Assembly: GCA_015522685.1 (NCBI GenBank)
Contig: WALU01000059.1
Coordinates: forward strand, 1 to 18,410
Source: Thermoproteota archaeon
GTDB lineage: Archaea; Korarchaeota; Korarchaeia; Korarchaeales; Korarchaeaceae
Direction of reading: 5' to 3'
DNA length: 18,410 nt
Part shown: piece after piece, positions 9,801 through 16,242 of the stretch
How positions within the stretch are numbered: position 1 is the first letter of the stretch
How the letters are laid out: each line of letters begins with the position of its first letter
Notes under the pieces: generated by a model
The model's database searches: none
Told to the model about the DNA's origin: nothing
The model's input: the letters and a program-made list of their open reading frames with translations, nothing else
Position numbers and translations under genes: made by a program

Positions 9801-10387
9801 TCGGATACCTGATTCCCACTTCTCATGCTTACAGAGGTCCCCTTCAGACTACCTATAGAAAATTAAACAAGATGTCCCAGAAAATGGAAGCTCATTTTTC
9901 ACTAGAAAATAAAATAAGAGCTGTAGATAAAGCAGATGCTCTTTCCAGAGCTATATCATCTCATTTCTTGAGGGATATAGCTGGTAATCTGAGGAAATTT
10001 GGCCAGCAGACATTCAGGTGTACGAAATGTAACGCTAAGTATAGAAGACCTCCTATATCAGGTAAATGCTTGGTCTGTGGTGGCCCTATACAGCTAACGG
10101 TTCATAAGGGGACTGTTCTTAAATATCTAGATCCCACTCTAGATTTGATGAGGAGATACGGTGTAGAGGGCTACTTATCGCAGAGGATAAAGATATTGGA
10201 AGAAGAGATAAATTCCCTATTCAAGGAAGCAGAGGAGGAAGAAGAGAAATCAAATACCTTAGAAGCGCTCCTTGAGTCAAAGTCTGAATCAAAATCTGAT
10301 GAAATGGAGAATGGCTATAATGTAGAAAATGAAGAAGAGAGCGTTGAAGAAAGGCACATTCCAAAGAAACTGATCGATTTCATGTGA
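6845..10387 (+). CDS. polC: DNA polymerase D large subunit DP2
   Basis: N-terminal YF..L......ARKARS.G.DP, APIEGI, GPIRTAGGT, GGFRLRYGRARNTG, GRPEKA, FKDGTIRFD, catalytic HAAKRRNxDGDED, C-terminal Zn finger and PIP-like terminus KKLIDFM. No intein. Start at 6845 preferred from homolog N-termini and TATA spacing. Confidence 0.98.
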   Translation: MIVEDYFSSLEEELNKIIEVARKARSLGYDPTTSIEIEIANKLHERIVALFQVESLGERVKYWLDKTGNNVETAFRVIAEIIPKLGDERKIDIKGNDEYRAELALRVGMAIITDAIVSAPIEGISKVMIKGSGKDRYLSIYYNGPIRTAGGTEGAISVLMADYIRQRLGLSIYRPTHEEVERYVEEVFLYKRVAHLQYNSEPNEVRKAVLNIPVEVTGPPTEKDEVSSFRNLARVETNRLRGGAVLVINDCIIQKSKKLKKIIKQLKESSIDFNDLEWKWLGENEKGKSEEKIQNEEGEEGCTVVAPSYKYLKDAVMGRPILSYPSRIGGFRLRYGRARNTGLASIGISPATMYILDSFVAVGTQVRIERPGKSAVVMPVDWLEGPTVKLSNGSVIRVDDPREAYELSGSGQVKEIIHLGDVLIGYGEFLENNHKLLPAAWTEEWWYSLLKRKARELGVEVPVGRWQKLSFEEALEISKKFDVPLHPQHTYFWEHVTIDELAVLVNSLRNGKMESKDIYIALEEDVKRVLEKLGMPYKVLSDLIKLEGDKASLLSYIESSLPRSISGEESAYNTLNYLNRYLDVKIMPKGPTKIGMRIGRPEKARPRKMKPPVNLLYPVGELKGMTRSLDAAYRKEKVEVEVALRVCPNCGARTTSYKCPNCGARTIPMNFCPICGKPVNGRCRDHPDAEPVPYAKLKLNLKKEVDRALHRLGEGQEILSKVKGVKGLTSGSKYPEILEKGILRGKYDLYVFKDGTIRFDAVNAVLTQFKPSEIRVSVSKLRELGYTEDVKGEELVSDDQLIEIKVQDIIIPKAAAQYLLRISKYVDELLGKVYGLKPFYNLKNEGDLIGQLVLTISPHTFIANVARIIGFTDADVLYAHPFLHAAKRRNIDGDEDSIMLALDGLLDFSRKFLPSTPGGREDAPLIMVTRVDPEFIDDEVYNMEIVSEFPPEFYNATYKFEDPSKMKFVISTVESELSKGIKYPYIGYLIPTSHAYRGPLQTTYRKLNKMSQKMEAHFSLENKIRAVDKADALSRAISSHFLRDIAGNLRKFGQQTFRCTKCNAKYRRPPISGKCLVCGGPIQLTVHKGTVLKYLDPTLDLMRRYGVEGYLSQRIKILEEEINSLFKEAEEEEEKSNTLEALLESKSESKSDEMENGYNVENEEESVEERHIPKKLIDFM
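8782..8843 (+). repeat. Perfect 26-nt direct repeat (period 36) encoding CPNCGART twice within DP2
   Basis: GTGCCCTAACTGTGGGGCAAGAACAA at 8782-8807 and 8818-8843. Confidence 0.95.
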
Positions 10388-10401
10388 TGTGAGGTGGTTT
10401 T

Positions 10402-10722
10402 ACGTACTGGATCAAAATAAAGGACGTCAAGGAAGGCGAGGTCGCTATTATAGGAGTTGTGCTTAACGTGGTGGAAAATTATTTAGTGATAGATGATGGG
10501 ACTTCTAGAGCGAGAGTTTACTATGATAAGGCATCTCAGTTCAATATTAAAGATATAGTGCTCGCTGTTGGATCCGTTATAACATCCTCTGCAGAATTTA
10601 AGGAGATACAAGGCTATGCTATCGCTAATATATCAGGAATAGATATAAGTTTGATGAAGGATGTGGAAGAGGTGAGACAAGAAGTAGAGAGAATGTTGAA
10701 AGGTGATGTTGATGGGAAATAA
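10402..10722 (+). CDS. Small OB-fold protein, RPA14/Rpa3-like replication protein A subunit
   Basis: Frame is open from 10393: YWIKIKDVKEGEVAIIGVV...LVIDDGTS...DIVLAVGSV...IANISGID followed by a helix. By recall this resembles Thermococcales RPA14 (KI.EI....V.LIG.V...LDDGTG...VRVIG). SD GAGGTG at 10391-10396 points to ACG 10402; the ORF-track start is GTG 10459. Confidence 0.7.
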   Translation, partial: TYWIKIKDVKEGEVAIIGVVLNVVENYLVIDDGTSRARVYYDKASQFNIKDIVLAVGSVITSSAEFKEIQGYAIANISGIDISLMKDVEEVRQEVERMLKGDVDGK

Positions 10723-11464
10723 AGTAACATTCGAGGAGGCAGGTACCCTAAAAGCAATCGTAGAAGCAGTGGAGTCCCTAGTTGGAGAGGCATCAATAAA
10801 ACTTGATCCTGAGGAGGGGCTAGGTCTTCAGGCACTTGATCCATCAAAAACAGCGATGATTCAGCTTATACTTCCCAGAACATATTTCATCGATTTTGAT
10901 ACTAGTCAATCAGGCTTCTATGGAATAAACTTCACTGATTTATCTAAGGTTCTTAGGAGAGTAAAGGCTAAAGAGAGAATTGAACTAGAATTCTCTGAAT
11001 CTTTCGTGAAGGTAGTAACTACCAATAGCTATAGAAAGAGCTTTGAGCTTCCGCTCTTAGCAGGTACACCCTTTGAGTACAAGACCCTTAAGGTCGATTA
11101 TAAGGCGAAGGCTAGAATGGACAGCGAGGTAATACCAAATGCTGTAAAAGATCTAAAGATAGTTGGCTCTGATGCAGAGATATACATAGATAGCGAGAAA
11201 ATAGAGTTCAGGACGTTGAGCGACAAAGGAAAGGCCGTCGTATCGATAGGAAAGGAAGACAGGGCATTAATAGATATATGGGCAGAGGAGCCTTCACACA
11301 GCGTTTACAATATGGCTTACCTTGAGAAGATGACTAAACCTGCAAAGATATCGGAGGAAACGGATTTAGAACTAAAGACCCAAGCTCCACTTAAGTTGAG
11401 CTACCCACTGGGAGGAATAGAAGGAGCTGGTATAACTTACTACCTAGCCCACCTTCAGGTATGA
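10712..11464 (+). CDS. pcn: DNA polymerase sliding clamp PCNA
   Basis: ~250 aa with QALDPSKTAMI, GINF..L.KVLRR, YN..YL, PLKL.Y and YYLA motifs. ATG 10712 follows AGGTGA. Confidence 0.96.
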   Translation: MGNKVTFEEAGTLKAIVEAVESLVGEASIKLDPEEGLGLQALDPSKTAMIQLILPRTYFIDFDTSQSGFYGINFTDLSKVLRRVKAKERIELEFSESFVKVVTTNSYRKSFELPLLAGTPFEYKTLKVDYKAKARMDSEVIPNAVKDLKIVGSDAEIYIDSEKIEFRTLSDKGKAVVSIGKEDRALIDIWAEEPSHSVYNMAYLEKMTKPAKISEETDLELKTQAPLKLSYPLGGIEGAGITYYLAHLQV

Positions 11465-11467
11465 TTC

Positions 11468-12406
11468 ATGCAGGATATAATTCTCATAGCTCCTTTTTCT
11501 CATGAGGCAGCTCAGCTCTTAGAAGATCAGGGTTTAACTCTTGAAGATCTTGCCTATGATCCTCTGCTTGAGAGATCGCGCTCTCTAGCTAGAGAGAGAT
11601 TGATAGATGCCATAGAGGGAAGAAGAAGGCTTATCCTAGACAGAGTCAATCCAATGAATGAAGTTTACTCATATTTAGCTGCTAGGCTCATAGCGGCCAG
11701 AGTTGGCAGATCCATGCTAAGCAGGCTAGCTACCTACGAGTCCAAGAGGTTTGGTGAACTATCAAAGCGCCTATCATTAGATCAGATAAGGGAGATAGCA
11801 TCAAACACGTTCAAGTTCACCATAAGAGAGGATAATGGAATGTGGCTGGATCTTATAAGCTACCTTAGAGGCTGTGTAAACATCGGTGGATCTAAATGGA
11901 GGCTCGTCAATAGGGTGCTGATTAATGGATATATCTTGGTTACCGAACATGAGCTGAGGAGGCTTTTGGAGGATCATGTCAAGAGGAAGATCATAGAAAC
12001 GCCTAGAGTAGATTTACCGGAGCCTCTCGAAAATATAGCTAAAGAAATATCGAATTTATTCTCTAAGAGAATGAGAATAAGAATGAAGTTTAAGAAACCC
12101 AAAGAGGGCAGGATAGATCTCCCTCCCTGCATAAAGGATCTTATAGCAAAGCTGAGGAAGGGGGAGAATTTAACTCATCAGGCCAGATTTGCCCTAACTT
12201 CATTTCTCTTGAACATCGGGTGGTCAAAAGAGCAGATATTGGATTTATTTAGGAGTTCTCCTGATTTTAATGAGAAAATAGCTTTATATCAAATTTCTCA
12301 TATAGAGAGAAGAGGATATAAGGTACCAAGCTGCGAGACAATGAAGAGCTGGGGTTTATGCCCAGGAGATTGTGGTAGGAAGTACCCACTAGAGGGTAAT
12401 GAATGA
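11468..12406 (+). CDS. priL: DNA primase large subunit PriL
   Basis: KWRLVNR...NGY, PPCI, L.H.ARF.L.SFL, SPDFNE....YQ..HI and PSC......GLC...C Fe-S cysteine pattern. Confidence 0.95.
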   Translation: MQDIILIAPFSHEAAQLLEDQGLTLEDLAYDPLLERSRSLARERLIDAIEGRRRLILDRVNPMNEVYSYLAARLIAARVGRSMLSRLATYESKRFGELSKRLSLDQIREIASNTFKFTIREDNGMWLDLISYLRGCVNIGGSKWRLVNRVLINGYILVTEHELRRLLEDHVKRKIIETPRVDLPEPLENIAKEISNLFSKRMRIRMKFKKPKEGRIDLPPCIKDLIAKLRKGENLTHQARFALTSFLLNIGWSKEQILDLFRSSPDFNEKIALYQISHIERRGYKVPSCETMKSWGLCPGDCGRKYPLEGNE

Positions 12407-13554
12407 GCATATTGGAGAGGATCTTCTACTCCTATTATAGAGCTATGGCCAAGATGATCTACGTTTCCAATGTTCCCAGAAGGGAGTTCATGTTCAGGGG
12501 GTTTGATGGTAGAGTGAGGAGGCATACCTCCTTCCCGAGACTAGAAGATCTAAGGAAGTATCTTATATCAGATCCTCCCCTTCACGCTTACTATTCCGTT
12601 TCCCTCTACCAAGATCCCACAGCCCCTATGAAGAAGAAAGGCCCAATAAAAGCCGAACTCTTCTTTGATATAGATTCAACCGATCTGCAAGATGAAGAAT
12701 GTGAGAAGGACTCTACATGGAAATGTAAGGAATGTGGGTATACTGGCAAGGGTGCAAAGCCAGATAAGTGCCCTAAATGTGGATCTGAGAGGATAGAGGT
12801 AAATCACTGGCTTAATGAGAAGTGCATATCCTTAGCCAAGTCAGAGGTTGGGAAACTAATAGGTATGCTAAGCAGTGACTTCGGCGTCGACCTTGACCAA
12901 GTATCCATCTCCTACACGGGCAACAGGGGATTTCATGTTAGAGTCACGGGAGGGCCGCTTACATCCCTAGGAAAGACTGAGAGAAGAGAAGTTGCCTTTT
13001 ATATAATGGGAAAAGGATTTGATCCCTCTCTATATTTGGCTATAGATGGAGGTAAGGTAACAGTATCTACTAGGAGTAGGATAATGAAGAGAGCAGTAAA
13101 TTTCCTATTGAGTGAACCAGCAATCTTCGAGGGAATGAGTGGTAAAATTAGAAGTGTCATCTCTGGCAAGCCAGTAAGACTTAGTTCTAAAGAGATCAAC
13201 CGCATGATAGACATGTTGAAAATGGCTGCCTTGCGATCCGGGGCAGAGATAGATTGGATGGTAACCATGGACACTGGAAGGCTCACTAGGATACCCAATA
13301 GTCTGCATGGAAAGACAGGTTTCAGGGCACTGAGCCTCACTCTTGATGATTATAAAGTATTTAACCCATTCGAGGATGCTGTAGGGTTGCCTGCTGAACC
13401 ATATATACATATCGAGGTAACAATGAATGTTCCCTTCTTCAAGTTAAAGGGAGAAAAGTTCGGTCCCTACTCGCTAGGAGAGAAAGTAAGATTACCCGGG
13501 TTTGCTGCTACTTTTCTAGTACTCAGGGGAAGAGCTAAGCTTTTGAGCGGTTAA
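12403..13554 (+). CDS. priS: DNA primase small (catalytic) subunit PriS
   Basis: REF, P.HAYYS, ELFFDID, YTGNRGFH and D..VT.D..RL.RIPNSLHGKTG motifs. Internal Cys-rich Zn ribbon and a C-terminal GINS B-like domain. ATGA overlap with priL. Confidence 0.96.
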   Translation: MSILERIFYSYYRAMAKMIYVSNVPRREFMFRGFDGRVRRHTSFPRLEDLRKYLISDPPLHAYYSVSLYQDPTAPMKKKGPIKAELFFDIDSTDLQDEECEKDSTWKCKECGYTGKGAKPDKCPKCGSERIEVNHWLNEKCISLAKSEVGKLIGMLSSDFGVDLDQVSISYTGNRGFHVRVTGGPLTSLGKTERREVAFYIMGKGFDPSLYLAIDGGKVTVSTRSRIMKRAVNFLLSEPAIFEGMSGKIRSVISGKPVRLSSKEINRMIDMLKMAALRSGAEIDWMVTMDTGRLTRIPNSLHGKTGFRALSLTLDDYKVFNPFEDAVGLPAEPYIHIEVTMNVPFFKLKGEKFGPYSLGEKVRLPGFAATFLVLRGRAKLLSG

Positions 13555-13580
13555 TTTAACTTAACTTAGCTTAGGTTACA
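13551..13580. repeat. Degenerate period-5 repeat TTAAT TTAAC TTAAC TTAGC TTAGG TTACA
   Basis: Six consecutive TTANN units starting at the priS stop codon. Confidence 0.6.
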
Positions 13581-13689
13581 GTCGCGCATGTAGTCGAGCA
13601 ATATGTAAATGGGTCTATCCATCATGAGCCTTCAGGGAGGAAAGTGAGCAAATGCCTCATTCAGATCAATCCTCATAATGGATTTGGGC

Positions 13690-13846
13690 CACATAAACCT
13701 TAACCCCCTTCGGATTCATTGGGAGCAAATCACAGCCTCAGCCCCGCTCAGGACGACCCCTGACCCCACATGTCAGGTTCCACGCTCTATACTGCTCCTC
13801 TTCGGGACTTTATTTTACTCTCACATCTGGAGCATCCAACATACAT
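13690..13846 (-). mobile_element. Probable degenerate IS200/IS605-family tnpB 3'-end relic (omegaRNA-like remnant)
   Basis: Minus-strand mini-ORF MYVGCSRCESKIKSRRGAV (13846-13787) resembles the first half of the TnpB Zn ribbon. It is followed by ATGTGGGGTCAGGGGTCGTCCTGAGCGGGGCTGAG...AATGAATCCGAAGGGGG, which resembles archaeal tnpB 3' ends (MWG motif plus G-rich structured tail). Recognition from memory, not an alignment. Confidence 0.5.
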
Positions 13847-13883
13847 TAATGCCTGTTATTATTTAAATGCTCGGTTAGCTTAA

Positions 13884-13891
13884 TTATATAA
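13884..13891 (+). promoter_or_regulatory. Putative TATA box for gins-rpl44e-rps27e-aIF2a-nop10
   Basis: TTATATAA about 30 nt upstream of TTG 13915. Confidence 0.45.
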
Positions 13892-13914
13892 CGCGTAATG
13901 GGGGATAATATACC

Positions 13915-14457
13915 TTGAATATCCACAAACACTCACCAAAACATAAACGGTTTCTTACGGCTAGATACGATGAAATAATGAGGCTCCTACATGCATCGCT
14001 GGCTGAGGGCAAGATTCCTCCCTCCTTAATTGAGGAAATAGAGAAATTAGAGAAAAAGCTGGCTGAAAATCCGCCTGCTGGAATAGAGGGAAAGGTTTAC
14101 ATGCTGGCTGCTGATGTACTAAGGGATCTGAGGATAGAGCTGGAGAAAGCTTCTAAGATCAACGAGATATTCAGAAGTGTCGCATATGGAGCTTCCTTAG
14201 ATTTAATATTGGGTAGGAGGGAGAAGCATGGATCAAAAGAAGAGAAAATTATTGAAAAGCCTGCTACAAAGGAGTATCTGCCCATCAAAGATGAGATACA
14301 TAAGGTCTTAGTAACGTTTAAAACTCCAGTATCCAGATTCGTTGGTGTGGATATGAAGGTATATGGTCCCTTCTCTGAAGGAGATATTGCCTTCATACCA
14401 TTGGAGAACGCCAAGGTATTGAGGGATAGGGAAGTTGTTGAGGTGGTAGAAGAATGA
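13915..14457 (+). CDS. gins51: GINS subunit (Gins51/Gins15 type, A-B domain order)
   Basis: Helical N-terminal region and C-terminal B domain (VLV.F...V.RFVGVDMKVYGPFSEGDIAFIPLENAKVL). Conserved position between priS and rpl44e. Start uncertain (TTG 13915 or ATG 13978). Confidence 0.88.
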   Translation: MNIHKHSPKHKRFLTARYDEIMRLLHASLAEGKIPPSLIEEIEKLEKKLAENPPAGIEGKVYMLAADVLRDLRIELEKASKINEIFRSVAYGASLDLILGRREKHGSKEEKIIEKPATKEYLPIKDEIHKVLVTFKTPVSRFVGVDMKVYGPFSEGDIAFIPLENAKVLRDREVVEVVEE

Positions 14458-14732
14458 AGATTCCTTCTGTGGTAAATGCCTATTGCCCAAGATGTGGCAA
14501 GTATACGAAGCATAAGGTAACTTTGTACAAGCAGGGAAAGGCCAGAACTCTCTCTTGGGGGCAGAGGCAGCTTGAAAGAAAGAGAAGGGGATATGGAGGA
14601 GAGCCTAGAGGTAAGTTAAAGAGGAAGGCCAAGACAACGAAGAAAGCATTGATAGTATTAACCTGCGAGGAATGTGGTAGGAAGGTTGTGAGGAATCTAG
14701 GTAGGTCGTCTAGAGTCGAGATAAAGAGGTGA
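14454..14732 (+). CDS. rpl44e: 50S ribosomal protein L44e (eL42)
   Basis: MKIP....YCPRC.K.T.HKV..YK.GK, GYGG and K.TKK....L.C.ECG motifs. Confidence 0.97.
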   Translation: MKIPSVVNAYCPRCGKYTKHKVTLYKQGKARTLSWGQRQLERKRRGYGGEPRGKLKRKAKTTKKALIVLTCEECGRKVVRNLGRSSRVEIKR

Positions 14733-14736
14733 TCTT

Positions 14737-14949
14737 ATGATTGGGAGTAAGTCAAAGTTAATTCCTCTCCCTAAAAGCTATTTCATCAGGGTAAGGTGTC
14801 CTAAATGTGGAAACGAACAGATAATATACTCTCATACATCTCGCGTGGTGAGATGTCATGTCTGTGATGAAGTACTGGCTAGACCAAAGGGAGGCAAGGC
14901 TGAAATCCTTGCTACGATCATAGAAAAATTGGGAAGAGTGATAGAGTGA
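14737..14949 (+). CDS. rps27e: 30S ribosomal protein S27e (eS27)
   Basis: P.S.F..V.CP.CGNEQII...V.C..C...LA.P.GGKA. GAGGTGA SD. Confidence 0.97.
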   Translation: MIGSKSKLIPLPKSYFIRVRCPKCGNEQIIYSHTSRVVRCHVCDEVLARPKGGKAEILATIIEKLGRVIE

Positions 14950-15755
14950 GTTACAGATCCTTCCCGAGGAGAAATGAGCTTGTTGTTGGCACTGTAGGGA
15001 AGGTAGAAGATCATGGAGTGACTGTGAGACTAGATGAGTACGATGGCTTAGAAGCTTATATACCGAGGAGCCACGTAGCCTCGGGAAGGATAAAGGATAT
15101 AAGAGATTTCATAAAAGAAGGAGATAAGATAGTAGGAAGGGTCATAAGGGCTCATAGAAAGCTGGGACAGGTTGATCTTTCTTTAAGGTATGTAAGCGCT
15201 GAGCAGAAGAGGAGAAAACTTGAGGAGTGGAAGGAAAGGGTAAGAGTCATTTCTCTTCTTAAGCTTGCAGCCCAAAGGGCTGGCTATAGCGATCCAGAGA
15301 TAGTTGCAAGGGAGGCATGGAGTAAGCTATCTGGATATTATAAGGATCCCTTGGATGCCCTAGAAGATGTCTTCTATGAAGGTAGGGAGCCATTAATAAA
15401 GGCTGGCTTGGATGACAAGCTAGCTGAGGTCTTGGAGGATATAGTAAAAGTTCAGCTTAAGCCTCCCATCTATATAAAAAACGTGGTCGTCAGGCTTATC
15501 TCTTACGCTCATGATGGGGTTCTAAGGGTGAAGAAAGCTCTGCTGAGGGGTCTATCCACACCTAAAACGGAGAACGTTGAGGTAGACATATACTCAGCTG
15601 GGGCTCCCCGCTATGTAATATCTGTAAGATCCCAAGATCCCAGACTAGTTCGTAGAATGACTACTTACGTTGTTAAGGCGATAAGCAGAGAAATCGGAGA
15701 TACAGAGGGCTTCGAGGTGCTAGGGGAGAAGGAATACAGAAAAAGATCCTCCTAG
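14946..15755 (+). CDS. eif2a: Translation initiation factor aIF2 alpha subunit
   Basis: N-terminal S1 domain (P...ELVVGTV...LDEY...DLSLR.V) and C-terminal DGV..VK.AL and GAPRY motifs. GTG start overlaps the rps27e stop. Confidence 0.96.
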   Translation: MSYRSFPRRNELVVGTVGKVEDHGVTVRLDEYDGLEAYIPRSHVASGRIKDIRDFIKEGDKIVGRVIRAHRKLGQVDLSLRYVSAEQKRRKLEEWKERVRVISLLKLAAQRAGYSDPEIVAREAWSKLSGYYKDPLDALEDVFYEGREPLIKAGLDDKLAEVLEDIVKVQLKPPIYIKNVVVRLISYAHDGVLRVKKALLRGLSTPKTENVEVDIYSAGAPRYVISVRSQDPRLVRRMTTYVVKAISREIGDTEGFEVLGEKEYRKRSS

Positions 15756-15766
15756 GGATGAGCTAA

Positions 15767-15934
15767 TTGGTTGATGTTACCAAGACCAAAATCCCCAAAA
15801 TGAGGAGATGCCCCAAGTGCTGGACTTACACATTTAAGGAGAGATGTCCTGTTTGTGGCAGTGAGACGATAATCCCTCACCCTAAGCCATTCAACATTTC
15901 TCCCAGCTACGCTAAGTCAAAAAGTTTAATATAA
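15767..15934 (+). CDS. nop10: H/ACA RNP protein Nop10 (55 aa; absent from ORF track)
   Basis: Hand translation: (M)[54 protein letters not shown]. Has the CxxC..YT....CPxCG..T...HP signature and the conserved position after aIF2-alpha. Start is TTG 15767 or ATG 15800. Confidence 0.92.
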   Translation: MVDVTKTKIPKMRRCPKCWTYTFKERCPVCGSETIIPHPKPFNISPSYAKSKSLI

Positions 15935-15954
15935 TACGATAATTATCGTATTAT
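15931..15954. repeat. Perfect 24-bp palindrome ATAATACGATAATTATCGTATTAT
   Basis: Two 12-bp arms that are exact reverse complements, with no spacer. Overlaps the nop10 stop codon. Confidence 0.95.
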
Positions 15955-16234
15955 GCTTATAGGCATTATCTTATACATAAGAAAAACAAATTAGGACAAT
16001 AATCAACAAATTACAGTATTAGACTAAAAAATTAATGATAATAGGCATAAAACTATTATTATATCTCCAAATAAATTAGTCAAAAGTGAAAGAGCTGATC
16101 CTTATCAGCTAATACTAACGTACAGAAAGGCTTTTCAAAAATTGCGGCAAAAATGATCTCCTCCCTTATATATAGGAGAGGTAAACTCTGTTTGAACGTT
16201 ATGCAATGTTTTGCAACAATCTCGGCGACAATAA

Positions 16235-16242
16235 TTTTATAA
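16235..16242 (+). promoter_or_regulatory. Putative TATA box of the S-layer-like gene
   Basis: TTTTATAA about 23 nt upstream of the start of a 5'UTR hairpin. SD GGAGGTG at 16298-16304. Confidence 0.6.

Noticed and set aside
13635-13650. GAGGAAAGT resembling the RNase P RNA P4 5' strand
   Set aside because: It is not followed by CC, and I found no matching 3' P4 strand or closing P1 helix.
13678-13866. 62-aa plus-strand ORF in the priS-gins gap
   Set aside because: No SD, atypical composition, and better explained as the antisense of the relic.
6997-14513. Minus-strand ORFs inside DP2, PCNA, priL/priS and gins
   Set aside because: Fully overlap well-supported genes on the opposite strand and have no motifs.
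15931-15954. Palindrome as a Xer/dif site
   Set aside because: dif sites have two 11-bp arms around a 6-bp spacer (TAA-N6-TTA); here TAA and TTA abut directly.
15935-16090. AT-rich tract as a replication origin
   Set aside because: No ORB-like repeats with G-strings were seen and there is no adjacent orc1/cdc6.
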